The notes below the pieces were generated by a model that saw nothing but the letters and a program-made list of their open reading frames with translations, did not search any database and was not told the origin of the DNA. DNA of 64,000 nt from Squalus acanthias. Lineage: Eukaryota. Numbering within the stretch: position 1 is the stretch's first letter; every line of letters starts with the position of its first letter. Position numbers and translations under genes: made by a program. Below, piece by piece: positions 24,408 to 37,187 of the stretch. Location of the stretch: NCBI GenBank assembly GCA_030390025.1, contig CM059433.1, forward strand, positions 23,314,001 through 23,378,000, given 5' to 3'.

Positions 24408-26356
24408 CTAATTGTGCTTTATCTTCCTCTTACGCGTGCTTCTATGTGGTGCTTCCCCTGTGGCTTCAGCAGATGTGGAGGCACCTTGCTCACTTTCATG
24501 CTGCTCTTGCCTCGACACCTTTGATGGGCGTCCTCTGGGTTTGCGAGCCTCTGAGGGCTCGGCAACAGTCTGCTCCTCCTGCGTCTGTGCAGGGGCCGAG
24601 ACGCCCATCTCAGTTGGGTGAAGACTCTGGTGGGGATCTGACCGAGCTCTACTTAGTGTCATGGGAGTGTGAGTGCTTGAAGAGGAGCCCCCACTTCCTT
24701 GTTGCCTGCCACCAACATCCCCCTCATGGGTCAGCCCCACTTCAGTGCTAGCAAGTGGCTGGACAGCACCTTGCTGCACATCAGGGGGGGTCATGAGGAC
24801 CCGTTTCTGCACTGGCAGTCCTACTCAAAAGGACTTCCATGAAGCTCTGGTTTCTCTGCTCAATAGCTGCCTATCACTCCTCCAGCGATGTCAGTCTATT
24901 CTGAACATTCACCATGTTTTCCAGACTCTGGCGACTTATTTCCTCCATGGCCGTAGCCAGCCTTTTCACAGAGGTTGCCATCCTTTCCGTGGTGGTGCGT
25001 TCATGCGCCATTGCCTCCATAAAGGCACTGCTCATGTTAGTCATGGACTCCTCCATCCTCTCCACACTCGCAGTAACCCTGGATGCAAAACCTGCCAGAG
25101 ACTCCTGCACCTGTCCCTGGAGTTCCAGCACCGCTCTCTTTCTGGATGGACCCGGAGGCACAGCGTCTACATGCAGCTGAGCAGAGCTGGAAGCGCCCTG
25201 CGGCCTCCAACGAGGACTCTCCACTGCTGTCCCTGTCTCCACCATCTGCTGATGTTCACTTGTGAGCTGTGATACACCAGGTGACAACTCTACTCTATCT
25301 CCCGAAGGTCCCACCGAGGTGTGCGTTTCTGCGCTGGTGCTGGGTGCGCTTAATTCTGCTGATGCTGCGCCCTCAGAGGTTGCAGGTTCCTCTGAGGAGT
25401 CTTCTGGCTCCGTCTCTTCCTCCTGGACAGTGGGGAGAGGGGGCTGTCGATGGTCCTGTGGGGGAGTAAAGGCATGAGTTAGACATGTGATATTAACGTA
25501 GCATTCACATGGAATTGTGCAGATGATCATAAGTCAATCTGTATGAGCATCAGTAGCTGTATCAGTCACTCATGCAATGTAAATGAGAGAGATGCAAAAC
25601 TATTCTGTCATCAGCTTGCTCTAATGTGCCCGTCTGTCCATCCCCCACTTCCAGATCTTCCTCAACTCCAACGATCTCTCAGGCCGCCTCCTCAGCGCTG
25701 GTGAGATGGGCTATTGAGGGTGGCCCTCCTCCTGTCTTCGTCCTTTACCTCTTATTGTGGGCTCTCTTTTCCTGCAATGAGGGACACAAGTGGAGTTTGA
25801 GTGAGAATGATGGAGTGAGTGTAGAGAATCCATAGCATAGATGCTTAGAAGGAGACAAAGATGGAGTGAAGTCCCAATACCAAGGGCCCTCCCTGTGTGT
25901 TGTTAGTTGTTGTCATTGCATAACAGTGATAGGGAGTGTGAGGGCAGCATAGTCGAATAGTGAAGTGATTGTGTACATAGAGAGAGAGAGGGATGGTTTA
26001 GGGTGCAAGGGATGTAAGGGTAAAGTGGGATGTGTAGGAGTAGGTTGACAATGCAGAGTGCTGGTGCTGAGAGGAGATAGGGGAGCAGAATGAGAGTAAA
26101 GGTGATGGTATACTCACTTTTTCTGTGCGGACAAGGTCATTGAACCTCTTTCAGCACTGCAGCCAGGCTCTGCTGCACAACGATCTGGAGCTGACCTCCT
26201 CTGCCAGTTGCAGCCACACAGCTTTGGTTGCTGGGGAGGTTTTTTCCTCCCGGAGGAAGGAAAGAGCACCTCCTTTTGAACTCTGGCTCCCTCCACCAGA
26301 GCATGGAGGGAGTCATCATCGGAACATGGTAAGGCCTTGGCCCTTGAGCTCGACAT
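24408..26356 (-). pseudogene. Three-exon Myb/SANT-like Harbinger ORF2, degenerate
   Basis: Exon 1 SDDDSLHALVEG...EVLFPSSGRKK with a GTGAGT donor near 26116; last exon ends RSTRKRKIK. Confidence 0.8.
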
Positions 26357-27526
26357 TTCAGCAGTAGCAAACACTTTGAACAGTAGTCACTCTGGAAGAA
26401 CATAGGGACAAAATGAACCAAGGCTGCTTGGAGCCCTTAAATGCAGCTGGATAAATGACGTCAGCAGAGGCGAGTTTCAGACCCAAAAGACTAATTGGGC
26501 CAGGGGAGCGCACACGCAGGGAATCAATTGCCCAATTAGGGCAAAATCGCAAATTTATCCCGCCCGACAGCGGAGGCGGGATCGGGACCCACCGACCACC
26601 TGACCCGCACCCAACCCGCCACCAATGGCAAAATCCAGCCCCATATATACAAGATCCAGTGGACTTCCTTTATCTGCAGTTTCCTAAAAAAAAATTAAAT
26701 TAGTCAAGCACAACCTGCTCTTTACAAAGCCATGCTGACTGATTCTGTTTAGCTCATGCTTTTCTAAGTATTAATGAATTAGTAAATAATTCTGAAGACC
26801 AAAGAAAGCTGCAAAGGGATATTGAGGAGATGGCAGAATCAGTAAAAAAAAAGCGGCAGATGGAATTCACCGTCATTAAGCGTGAGGCGGTGCATTTTAG
26901 TAAAAAAATAAAATCAATTCGACTTAGAATGAAGTGTGGCTGAGCGATGTGGCAACGTAGAGGGAGCTGGGAGTTCACAAGATTTGAAAAGTAGCTCCTC
27001 AAGCGGACAGGCTCGGTGAACCAGTTGGTCTTTTCCTGTCTGTCATTCTCATATGTTGGTAAATGCAAGGATTGGCAATGAATTTTTCAGAACAGGTTGA
27101 TGAAGACGATGTACAACTGCTAAAAAAAACAAAGTAAGATTATAATGGCTGTACATAATTGCCCTGATCACAAGGCTGGTGCATGAAAAAAATGAAAAAT
27201 TTGGATTCCTACGCACAATACAACATTGGCCCGGATTTTGCGGTCAGCGGCAAAGTGACGGCGCTCACTGCTGACCTCGAAGAAAGCGGCCCACAAAGTT
27301 TTAGCGGGCTCTGGGGTGTTGTTTCCTCTTTTCTGGTGTGACTTTCCATCTGGCGCCATCTATAGGGGATCTGTGGCATCTAGCAACAGTGAAGTCATCA
27401 AGCAGGCTGAGCTGCCAATCAGATTGAAGAATTCTCACAGACCGCAAACCAGGAAGTAAAAAGCCGGTTTTATCATTCACTTTTTAATCATTTTACAGAG
27501 AGCAAAATAAAGATTGGGACATACAC

Positions 27527-28043
27527 ATGGAATACTCTCCACCTGCCTGGATGAGTGCTGCTCCAACAACACTCAAGAAGCTCAACACCATCCAGGACAA
27601 AGCAGCCCGCTTGATTGGCAGCCCATCCACCACCTTAAACATTCACTCCCTCCAACACCGGCTCACCGTGGCTGCAGTGTGTACCATCTACAAGATGCAC
27701 TGCAGCAACTCACCAAGGTTTCTTTGACAGCACCTCCCAAACCAGTGACCTCTACCACCTAGTAGGACAAGGGTAGCAAGCGCATGGGAACACCAGCACC
27801 TCCAAGTTCCCCTCCAAGTCACACACCATCCTGAATTGGAAATATATCGGCCGTTCCTTCATCGTCGTTGGGTCAAAATCCTGGAACTCCCTCCCTAACA
27901 GCACTGTGGGAGTACCTTCACCACACGGACTGCAGCGGTTCAAGAAGGCGGCTCACCACCACCTTCTCAAGGGCAATTAGGGATGGGCAATAAATGCTGG
28001 CCTTGCCGGCGATGCCCACATCCCCAGAATGAATTTTTAAAAA
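27527..28043 (+). mobile_element. CR1/L2-group LINE 3' end (tail shared with the SINE at 56455)
   Basis: MEYSPPAWMSAAPTTLKKLNTIQDKAARLIG...HSLQHRLTVA (RT C-terminal region). 3' UTR gggatgggcaataaatgctgg. Confidence 0.8.
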
Positions 28044-28160
28044 TGATTCTATGATAAGATCCTTTTCACTGCCCCTAAATGGGAATGCTGCATTTTCTGA
28101 TAAGCATCAGTATAATTCACAGCTGATGCGAAATTAAGCTACTATAATAATCAACATTTA

Positions 28161-29016
28161 GGGGGAGAAATTCGGTATCGCAAAGTTTAGCGCCTGCCGC
28201 AAATTATCGCCTCCGACTGCAAACTTGGCTTCTATCGCCCCTGGAGGTGATTGGAGCGCTAAATCAGGCGCTACACACCTCTCTTAAGGCGCAAAGGCCG
28301 AGGAGCGAGGCACTAACTCAGAGCACTGGCAAAGCTCATGTGATGTCAGTCAGCAATGGAACACAGACACACTGGCGCCAGCCAGTTCTTAAAGGGGAGG
28401 GCCGATCTTGCTCTCCATCCACACTCTGCTCATTGAAGCCTTGAATCTCGGCCTGGAGAGACCTGTACATCAAATCTGCTGGAAAGAACAATGGTGAGGC
28501 CCAGGGAAGGAGCTCAGAGTGCAGTTCCCCCAGAGTCTCTTCTAAATTGATGCAAGGAAGGTCAAATCAAAATGAACCTGCAAAGTGCTGCTCAGTACCT
28601 AAAACTCTTTCACACAGCATTGAATCTCTCCAGAAGTCTCTCTCTCTCTCTCAGAATGCATGGTGCAAAAATGTCGCCGACAAAAAAAGGCAGGAAGCGG
28701 TCGCCTTTAAATAACGCTCCCCCAGTCCCTTCCCGACTGCAAAACGCTCCCCTCAACCTGTCATTGGTAGCGGCAGGCGGTAAGGCAGGGGGCGCCACTC
28801 AATATCTGGTCCGGGGTGATACCGGGGCGTTGCACGCTCACTTGACGTCACGATCTGCGGGCGCAGGAGATCGTGGCGGTAGTGTTTAGCGCCGCCGCAC
28901 AATGTCTGGTCAATTTCGCGAGTGACGCATACATCACCGCGCCCGTGCACTAGTTGCTTTGTGTCCCATTAGCGCCCTCTCTAATGGGAGGCACAAAGCA
29001 ACTGAATTTTTCCCCC
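28161..29016. mobile_element. GC-rich Harbinger-type MITE
   Basis: TIRs GGGGGAGAAATTC...GAATTTTTCCCCC, perfect TTA TSD. Confidence 0.85.
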
Positions 29017-30078
29017 TTAGCACCTTAACTCTCAGGAATTGACTCCTGTAAGATAGCTTAATGATGAGTTACAAACCAGATGTGCTGATCAGAAAGTTGG
29101 AATTTAATAGCACGGAAATTAAGAGGCACTGTTCAGGAGGGTGGCTGACCTTCAACCTGGGAGTGTAGGCACCTTCCGTTTGGCAGCCCCAGGAAGTGGT
29201 GGTAACTGGGCCGGATGGGAGGGGAATTGTCGGGGATCTGGGCCCTGCCCCTCTCCCGCCCACCCTGCCATTTATATGCAGTGGATGGTAAAGGAGTGGC
29301 CAGAGGCAGTGCTGGCAGGGGCAGGGCAGGGGCAGGGGCAGGGGAAGGGAAGTCCCGTTCGGGCAGTGAGCCGGTAGTCCTGTCTGGTTTGGGGTGGGAT
29401 CACAGAGGAGAATTTTCCCTTATGTTTTGAGAAATGTCCTCAGTATTTGATTGCTCGGTTCATTCGCAGTATGTTTTCGTTCTGTTTAGTGAGCTGGTTA
29501 GAAGCGGGGAGTGGGGGGGATACAGAGGTCTAGTTGGAAATTACATTTTGTGATATTGATGCTTTGTTCATTCTATTTAATGTTTCTTACCGTAGTTCAA
29601 TCTAAGATAATAAGTAAAATTATTCTGAAAAAATGTATACTTGTATTTCCAATGTATTCAGCGGCCTTAAACTATCATGTATATAAAACCAAATTTCTTA
29701 AAACAAGCTGTTCATTGCATTCTAGTGACCATTTACTGAGATCAAAGATTTTAGTCAGCTGCACAATCAATAATCATCCTGTGAATTAAATTATTTATTG
29801 ATTCTGAAGCAGACCATACTTTTAATTATAAATCAGAGGGCTGTTTTTGAAAAATGAAATGTCATGCCATCTGTTTGGATTATCCGTAGACTTTTCAATC
29901 CTAGTGTCCAAGTACGAATAAACAAGCTTGCACTTACATAGCTTTCACAACTTCAAGACGTCCCAAAGCATTATACAGCCAATGAAATATAGTCACTCTG
30001 GCAACGTAAACAAAAATAGCAGCCAATTTGCACACAGCAAGGTCCCGAAAACAGCAATGATATAAATGACCAGATAAT

Positions 30079-31895
30079 GGGGGTGAAATTCTATAATGCT
30101 GGAAAACGGGTGGGGGCACTGCGTTGCGAGTTATGCCCTCGCCCGTTCAAAAAGTGCAGGCAGCACATCAGTTTCGTGCTGCCTGCTAATTACCATGATA
30201 ACAGCGCACAGCCAAGCACGGAACGCGTTGCTGACAGGCTGTGTGCTTAGCAGTGGGCTGAAGTTCGCGTTGCTGGAGCGAGGTTAGCTTCACTTAAAGC
30301 TAGCCTGCTCCTCTTTAAGGCAGTCTGCAGCTCTTAAAGGGGAGCTGCCTTCTGCAGATAAAAATGTTTAAACTTCCTTCAGCACTAGGCAGTCTGCAGC
30401 TCTTAAAGGTGAGCTGCCTTCTGGTGATCAAAAATGCTAAATTGCTTCAGCTCTAACACAAATGCTCAACAGGCCAGGGAAAGGGCACCCAGTGTCTCGG
30501 ATGCAGCACTCGAGCTTTGTGCAGGGGGTCAACACTGGAAGAGAGTTTCTCTACCCACAGGAGGCCAGGAGGCCCTCCAGAAAGAAGGATGTGGGACCTG
30601 GCTCCAGTGCCCAAAGAAGTTTCATGACCTCAGACCAGTGGTCAAGGTCAGTGATTGCATCTTTAAAAGCCGTCTCCTACCGACTGCACCACTAGCTTCA
30701 CACACTTCTTAATGTACGACTCCTCCCCCCCACCCCAATCACTCACCTACCAACAATCTGAACCAAACACGAGGCACATCTCCCATTCCTAGCTTCACCT
30801 CATCCCCTTGGAGGAGACGGTGCAGGCCATTCTTGGCAGGGGCATGGTTGAGCCCTTGGCCAGCGGTGGGCCTGTAAGAATACAAGATGCAGGTATCCTC
30901 ATACGTTATCCTCCTTTTCACATACCACTTCCCCCACATCCCACAATCTCTTATGATTTACAAGCTACACGTGGTGTAGGCATGCACCTCTTGCTTTCCT
31001 GCCCTCTCCTCACCACAACCCTATCCTTGTGCCTTCCTCATTTCAGACACCCAAGAAATCCAGCCTGCCCAGCAAGTGAGTCAACAAGAAGAGGGAAAGG
31101 AGAGTGAAGAAGAAGAAAAAGAAACACCATCACTCAATTTCCCAGCCACCAGCTCCTCGAGGTAATCCTGCAAGGCCATCTGCAGTGTCCCTCACTGAAA
31201 GTCAGCAGCCTTCCACCAGCCATGCTGCAGCCATTGGGGTAGCACTGTGTAACATCACTAGGATAGGCAAAGACACATGCAAGACAGTCAGAATGCTGGA
31301 AATCTGAAATAAAAGCAGAAAACGCTGGAAATACTCAACATCTCTGTTTCTTTCTCCACAGATGCTGCCTGACCTGCTGAGTATTTCCAGCATTTTCTGT
31401 CTTCTTTGAGGCCTTCTTTTACCATCCAAAGCCTTGCAAGCATCCAGCAGCACTTTCTGCATTCCCTACACACTTTAACAACTTTTAAAATATATTGCAC
31501 CAAGCCACTACTTTAATAAAATATTTTAAAAAGTCCAAAAGTTGAAATCCAAACTTACCTGAAAGATGTGTGTGTCCCTTTAATAAGCGCTGACAACATC
31601 TCTGCAGGGCTGTGACACGCACCTTTGTCTGTGCGTGGTTAGGACACGGCATTATGGCATGCGGCGACATCCAAAATAGCAGTCCTGGTGTCAAATCAGG
31701 CGTTGCACGCCGATTGACGTCACGATCTGCTCATTTAAATTTGAGAGGCCAGCGCCGGCAACGGTAGCACTATGGCCCTCACCAAAATGCCGGCTGCCGT
31801 GTCCCGCACCGGAAGCGGGCTGACGTGAGGTGGACGCCATTTTTTCAACAAAACCGGCCTGAACGGCTGGCGCTACAACGGGGAATTTCTATGCC
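30079..31895 (+). mobile_element. Harbinger derivative E retaining a Myb remnant only
   Basis: Ends resemble those of Harbinger A/D. Contains RERAPSVSDAALE...WLQCPKKFHDL...VKVS and no transposase. A PLE fragment sits at ~31289-31400. Confidence 0.7.
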
Positions 31896-32904
31896 TGTGC
31901 CTCTATTTATAAACCCAAGTAACTCATATGCTTCTTTAACCACTTTATCAACTTGCCCAGCCACCTTCAAGGAGTTGTGTAAATGCGCACGAACAAGTAA
32001 GTTCCCTTCAGATTTCATATTTCTCAGAGTTTAAGTTCTTTTCTGACTCTTGAGATCTGTCTTTTCAAGTCAAATTATTACGGCAGTACACGCTGATTAT
32101 TCATAATGGAGCAGGTCAAAATTGGTATGAACCAATGAGCTACCACAAGCTGTGTTTATTTAGTAAATCACTAAATACTTTCAGATAATGCTTTCCAGAT
32201 AAACTTCACCCAGTTTAAGTAGGCAATTAGATAGATAACAGTCATACGATTGCTTGCCTCTCAGGACCGCACACTAGGAAATAGTGAGGTCAAAAGATAA
32301 GCGGCCCAGTGATCAAATTCAGCACATTAATTGACGTGTTTTTTTCACCCTAATCGTCAGTATTGGCAGCATTAGTTGCATATCTGATTCATGCAGTAAA
32401 AATCAGTTATGCATCTGCATTTGGACTCAGGAGTGAAGGTTAAATATTTAAACTTGCTGCTGTGTGAACCAGCATAAATTTGGATCAAAGTGAACTGGGC
32501 AGACTCAGAAGAGCTTGTTCCCCTACTCATCCCTAATTCCAATTCATTTTAACTTTCCTCAGGTAAAGCTTTATCCCTGTAGATATTTTGAATGTTATCA
32601 ATCCGATACGCACGTCTGCCTTCCATCTGCGACCCAGTACGTGCTTGCCGAATTTTAAAGTCAAAAAGAAATTACATGGCATGTAAATTTGCACACGGGC
32701 AGCAAAGAAAAAGCATCAATATTTTAGTGTGGACCCCCCCCCCAAAGTGCACCCTGTATCATTGGATTAGTTCCACTAATCCTTCCTCAGCAAATCAACA
32801 CACTCTTCCTGGATTTAGGCAACAAGCTGAGATATCCTCAGGGATTCAGCTATGTGCCATCCTCATCGTGAATATCATTTTGAACTGATCAAACATTTTC
32901 AGAC

Positions 32905-33635
32905 TACAACAACAAAGACAACTTCCATTATATCGCGCCTTTGACGTAGTAAAACATCCCAAGGCGCTTCACAGGAGCAATTATCAAATAAAATTTGACT
33001 TTGAGCCACATAAGGAGATGTTAGGACAGGTGACCAAAAAGCTTGGTCAAAGAGGTGGCTTTTAAAGGAGTGTCTTAAACTGGTATAGAGAGGGAGAGAG
33101 GTTTAGGGAGGGAATTCTGGAGCTTAAGGCCTAGACAGCTGAAAGCATGGCCGCGAATGGTGGAGCGATGAAAGTTGGGGATGCGCAAGAGGCCAGAATT
33201 GGAGGAGCGCAGCGATCTTGGAGGGTTGTAGGCAATATTCCCTTTAAGCTGTGTGGCCACGTGGCCGTGCAGCATTCCAGGGGTCCCGCGCAGCTGGCTT
33301 GCCGGCTTTTAAATAGAAAAATCATCTTTAAGAGGCCACGCGGCCCACGAAAAAGTTAGAGGAACATTGGTTGTAGAGCTGGAGGAGGTTACAAAGATAG
33401 GGAGGGGTGAGGCCATGGAGGGATTTGAAAACAAGGATGAGAATTTTTAAATCGAGGCGTTGCCAGACCGGGAGCCAATGTAGGTCAGCGAGCACAGTGT
33501 TAATGGGTGAACGGGACTTGGTGCGAGTTAGGATACGGGCAGCAGAGTTTTGGATCAGCTCAGTTTACGGAGGGTGCAAGGTGGGAGGCCGGCCAGGATA
33601 GCATTGGAATAGTCGCGCCTAGAGGTAACAAAGGT
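32905..33635 (-). mobile_element. L2 LINE 3' fragment
   Basis: YNPPRSLRSSNSGLL...RGHAFS motif; similar to the other L2 copies. Confidence 0.8.
33233..33369. mobile_element. 137-bp hAT-type MITE
   Basis: TIRs CAATATTCCCTTTAA...TTAGAGGAACATTG with an 8-bp TSD GTTGTAGG/GTTGTAGA. Confidence 0.75.
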
Positions 33636-33659
33636 ATACTATGCAGGGTTCCTTAAGAT

Positions 33660-34480
33660 TGCAGAGTAAGAGAGGGACGTGGGGGGTCAATGTTAATAAT
33701 ACATTGGAGGTCCACAACCCATGACGCAAGGGCATAGGAATAGCGAATAGGATGTTAAGGTGTATTGCTAGGACAATTCAATATAAAACTAGAGATGAAA
33801 TATTTAGCTTATACAAGACCTTGGTATGGCCACATTCAGTGTCACGGTTTGTTCCCCCTCACAAGGTGGTGGATGTCAAATCCCTGGAGAAGATCCAGAG
33901 GAGTTTAACCAGAATGATATCTAGGTTCAAGAAATTGGGGCATTTTTCATTAGAGAAGCATAGACTACAAAGTTATATGAGTGAGATTTTTAAAATGATA
34001 AAGGCAATAGATTCTGTTGTGGTGGATCGGTTACTTGAGCCAGATAGGGATGGGAGAAATAGGGGGAATAAGTAAAAATTATGAAAACAAAGAGTTAGGT
34101 TAGATACCAGGAAGTAGTTTTTTTCACAGAGAGTCACTGACCTCTGAACTAGATTACAAAAATGTGTGGTAATTACAGGTTCACTGTAGTCCTTCTAACG
34201 GTTGCTGGAGGAGTTCCTGAGAATCCAGAACATCTCAAGTTATACAAGATAGGTGAGGGATTACTGTGATTATTGACTGGAGTTATTACAATCTCGTAGA
34301 GCTTGCTTAAATGCCTTCATGGGGTGACAGAGGAGTTTCACAGAGTGTTTTCCTAAATTGGGCTCGAGTTTTTTTCTATGGAGAATGTGGTATGGGGTGA
34401 GTTAATGGTACACAGAGGCTGCAACATGTCTGGATGGGACAGGTTTGTTAGACCAGTTGGCTGTTTCCTGCCCTTTATTA
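33660..34480 (+). mobile_element. Degenerate CR1 3' region
   Basis: MLRCIARTIQYK...LYKTLVWPH...LEKIQRSLTRMI. Confidence 0.75.
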
Positions 34481-35622
34481 TATGTTTGTGCGTTGTTCAT
34501 ATATATGCTGCAGGTGGGTGAAGTTTCATGTGGGAACACAAGCATGTAAAATTACACTTTATATATTAAAATAAGAAATATTTCTATTCTAAGTACCACA
34601 TGGGTGTAATTACATTGTTTTATAGGTATTCTGATAGACAGATTTTTGAACGAAATGGGAGTCAAGGGTTATGGGGAGCGGGCAGGGAAGTGGAGTTGAG
34701 GCCAAGATCAGATCAGCCATGATCTTATTGAATGGCGGAGCAGGCTCAAGGGGCCAAATGACCTACTCCTGCTCCTACGTCTTATGTTCTTATGTCTTAT
34801 GTTCTTATAGGCCAGTTATACTGCAAAGTTTTCATTGATATGAAGCAGTTTTGCATTTGCATCAACACAAAATGTGTAATATGACTCTGATGTGAAGTCA
34901 CTTACATGAAAAAAGGAATCTTTTTTAAACCATTGTAATGTAATAAAAAAAGGGTGCATGATAATACAAGAGAATGGGGATAGGAATCATGCTCAGCTTA
35001 AGGTAATGGAAGCTGCTATCAGAGCAGCCGGAAGGTCATTGGAAAAGAAGGTTGTGGATAATTGCGGTAGCAATAGTATAAACCTTCTTTAGTTATGTTA
35101 AAGCCAGAGGGCAATAAAGGAGTGATGGGGATGTTAAAGGATTTGTTGGGGCAGATTCAGGTGACTCCCTGAACATGGAGGTTTTAAATGGTTACTTTAC
35201 ATCAGTCTGTACTCCACACACTGTGCTCAGTTACCATTAAGGCAATATGGAGTAGACATTAAAGTTATAAATGTTAAAGTAGATGCAGATCTAATCTCAA
35301 AGGGAATAAGGGGGGGGGGGTCACAATTCAGATAAGATTACCGTTGCAGAGAGCATTTACCCGAGGCTGCTTAAAGAAATGGGAAATGTGCTAAGTGAGC
35401 CCCTTGGTCATATATTCAATAGTTAGCTAGAGTCTGGGATTGTTCTTGATGACTGGAGGGAGTATCATGTACCGATATTCAAAAAGGCCAACTAGTCAGA
35501 ACCAGGAAATTATAGGCTCATTAGCTTGAAGTCAGTTGTAGAAAAGTTGATAGAAGGGATTAATTGGGATACTCCATATGACCTTCTTGACAGAGAATGG
35601 GCTATTAGGGACATGCAACATG

Positions 35623-37091
35623 TGTAAGATATAATTCGCTGTTCCTTGTGACTTGGCTGAATTTAATGTACCTGCATGCTTCGAGAGTTCTGCAAACAAA
35701 CCTTTAAACAGATTTAGTTAACTTCTGTAACCCTTTTAGACATGGCATAAGCAGCCCATTGTCTACAGATTTAGTTAACTTCTGTAACCTCATCAGGCAG
35801 GACCTCAAGAGTTCTGCAAAACAAACCTTTAAGCTGATTGAACAATGAGTAACTTCTGCAACCCCTTCAGACTTGGCGCAAGCAACCTTGAGGACCATTG
35901 ACTACAGATAAGGAGAAGAAACACCGATGACTGAAAAATAGTCAACGTGGTCTGAGACAGAAGAGATGCCAATGATTGAACAATAGCCAACATGGTCTGA
36001 GACAGAAGAAACACCAATGATTGAACAATAGCCAACGTGGTCTGAGACACGTATGCATTGGGAGGCCTGCCAAGTTTTGGGTATAAAGGACACAGTTAGA
36101 GAACGCTTGAGGGCTGCTGCAGTGAGTCAGGTGACTTGACCGGCCTACTAGTTACCGCCAAACTGGTCACTTGCTCGTGTTAGTACGTATGTATGCTTAT
36201 GCTTGCTCGTTGAAGCTTATGCTTGCGTGTAAACTTGATTGATTTTAAGTAAAGAAATAGTTACCCTGAAATCTTTGTCTTCACTCTGGTTTGGGTCTGA
36301 ACTCCATGGGCTGGATTTTCATAGGGCCATGGAGGCGGGTTTGGAGGCATGTGGGGGGTTAAAATTGTGAAAAGTGGTGGGCGGACCTGATCCCGCCTCC
36401 ACGCAATTTTGATAAAATTGTGTGCGGTGTTCCCGACTCCGTCCCGCCTCCAAGAGGCAGGAGAGGCCATTAAAGCCCTTAACAAGGGCTAAATTGGCTC
36501 TGTAATGCCATTTTGAAATGTTTTAGCTAGTTTAACACTTTTCCGATGTGAAGCACGCCTGATGTGAAACACGCCAGTGAAACCTGGCGGGAGCACAAGT
36601 GGATAGCTGACTATCAGCTGCAGGTCCACTATTACAATGGAGATGTGATGAAGGTAGTAGTAGTATTAGGTCTGAAAGTCACCTCTGATGCTGCTGCATT
36701 GAATGTCTTCAGAGACTGCCTGGCCTTTGCTGTGAGAGGACCTGGATGGAAAAAAAATTCTCTCTCTCTCTCTCTCTCTGAGCTGCTGCTCATTTTGCAT
36801 CCAGGTCCACTCACAGCAAAGGCCAGGCAGTCTTTGCAGACCTTCAATGCAGCAGCAATGATGACATCATCAGAGGCGACTTTCAGACTGAAAACACTAA
36901 TTGGTTCATGGGTTCCCACATGCTGGAACTCAATTGCCCAATTAGGTGAAAATTGCATCAATCTTCCACATCCAATTGCAGTCGGGTGGATAACACGAAA
37001 TGCGGATGACACGACCCCAACCCGCCCCAGTATCAAAATCCAGCCCTAAGTAACTGTCAGACCGGGATACTGTAAAGGGCCTAGTCTTACA
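35623..37091 (+). mobile_element. Solo LTR with internal tandem repeats and a nested MITE
   Basis: Termini TGTAAGA...TCTTACA with a CATG TSD. Three 45-bp repeats at ~35914-36048; TATAAA near 36082. Confidence 0.85.
36308..37046. mobile_element. Harbinger-type MITE with a long internal hairpin
   Basis: TIRs GGGCTGGATTTT...AAAATCCAGCCC. The right part is similar to the Harbinger C end. Flanks CAT/TAA do not match. Confidence 0.8.
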
Positions 37092-37187
37092 CATGGCTTC
37101 TTAAAAAGGACAAGTCTTAGGAACCTGATTTAATTCTTTGAGGAGGTGACTAGGTTGATAGATGAAGGTAGCCCAGTAGACATTGTA

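Larger units (their letters stand above)
22396..26641 (+). mobile_element. Harbinger DNA transposon C (best-preserved copy)
   Basis: TIRs GGCCGCGATTTTGCC...GGCAAAATCCAGCCC, CAT TSD, convergent transposase and Myb genes. Confidence 0.9.

Noticed and set aside
29317..29350. G-quadruplex-like (GGGCA/GGGGCA)n tract as a regulatory element
   Set aside because: Short low-complexity run within what looks like decayed MITE sequence, with no supporting context.
35680..36050. CRISPR-like array or repeat-protein ORF
   Set aside because: These are tandem repeats without unique spacers inside an LTR. The 15-aa periodic ORFs are a by-product.
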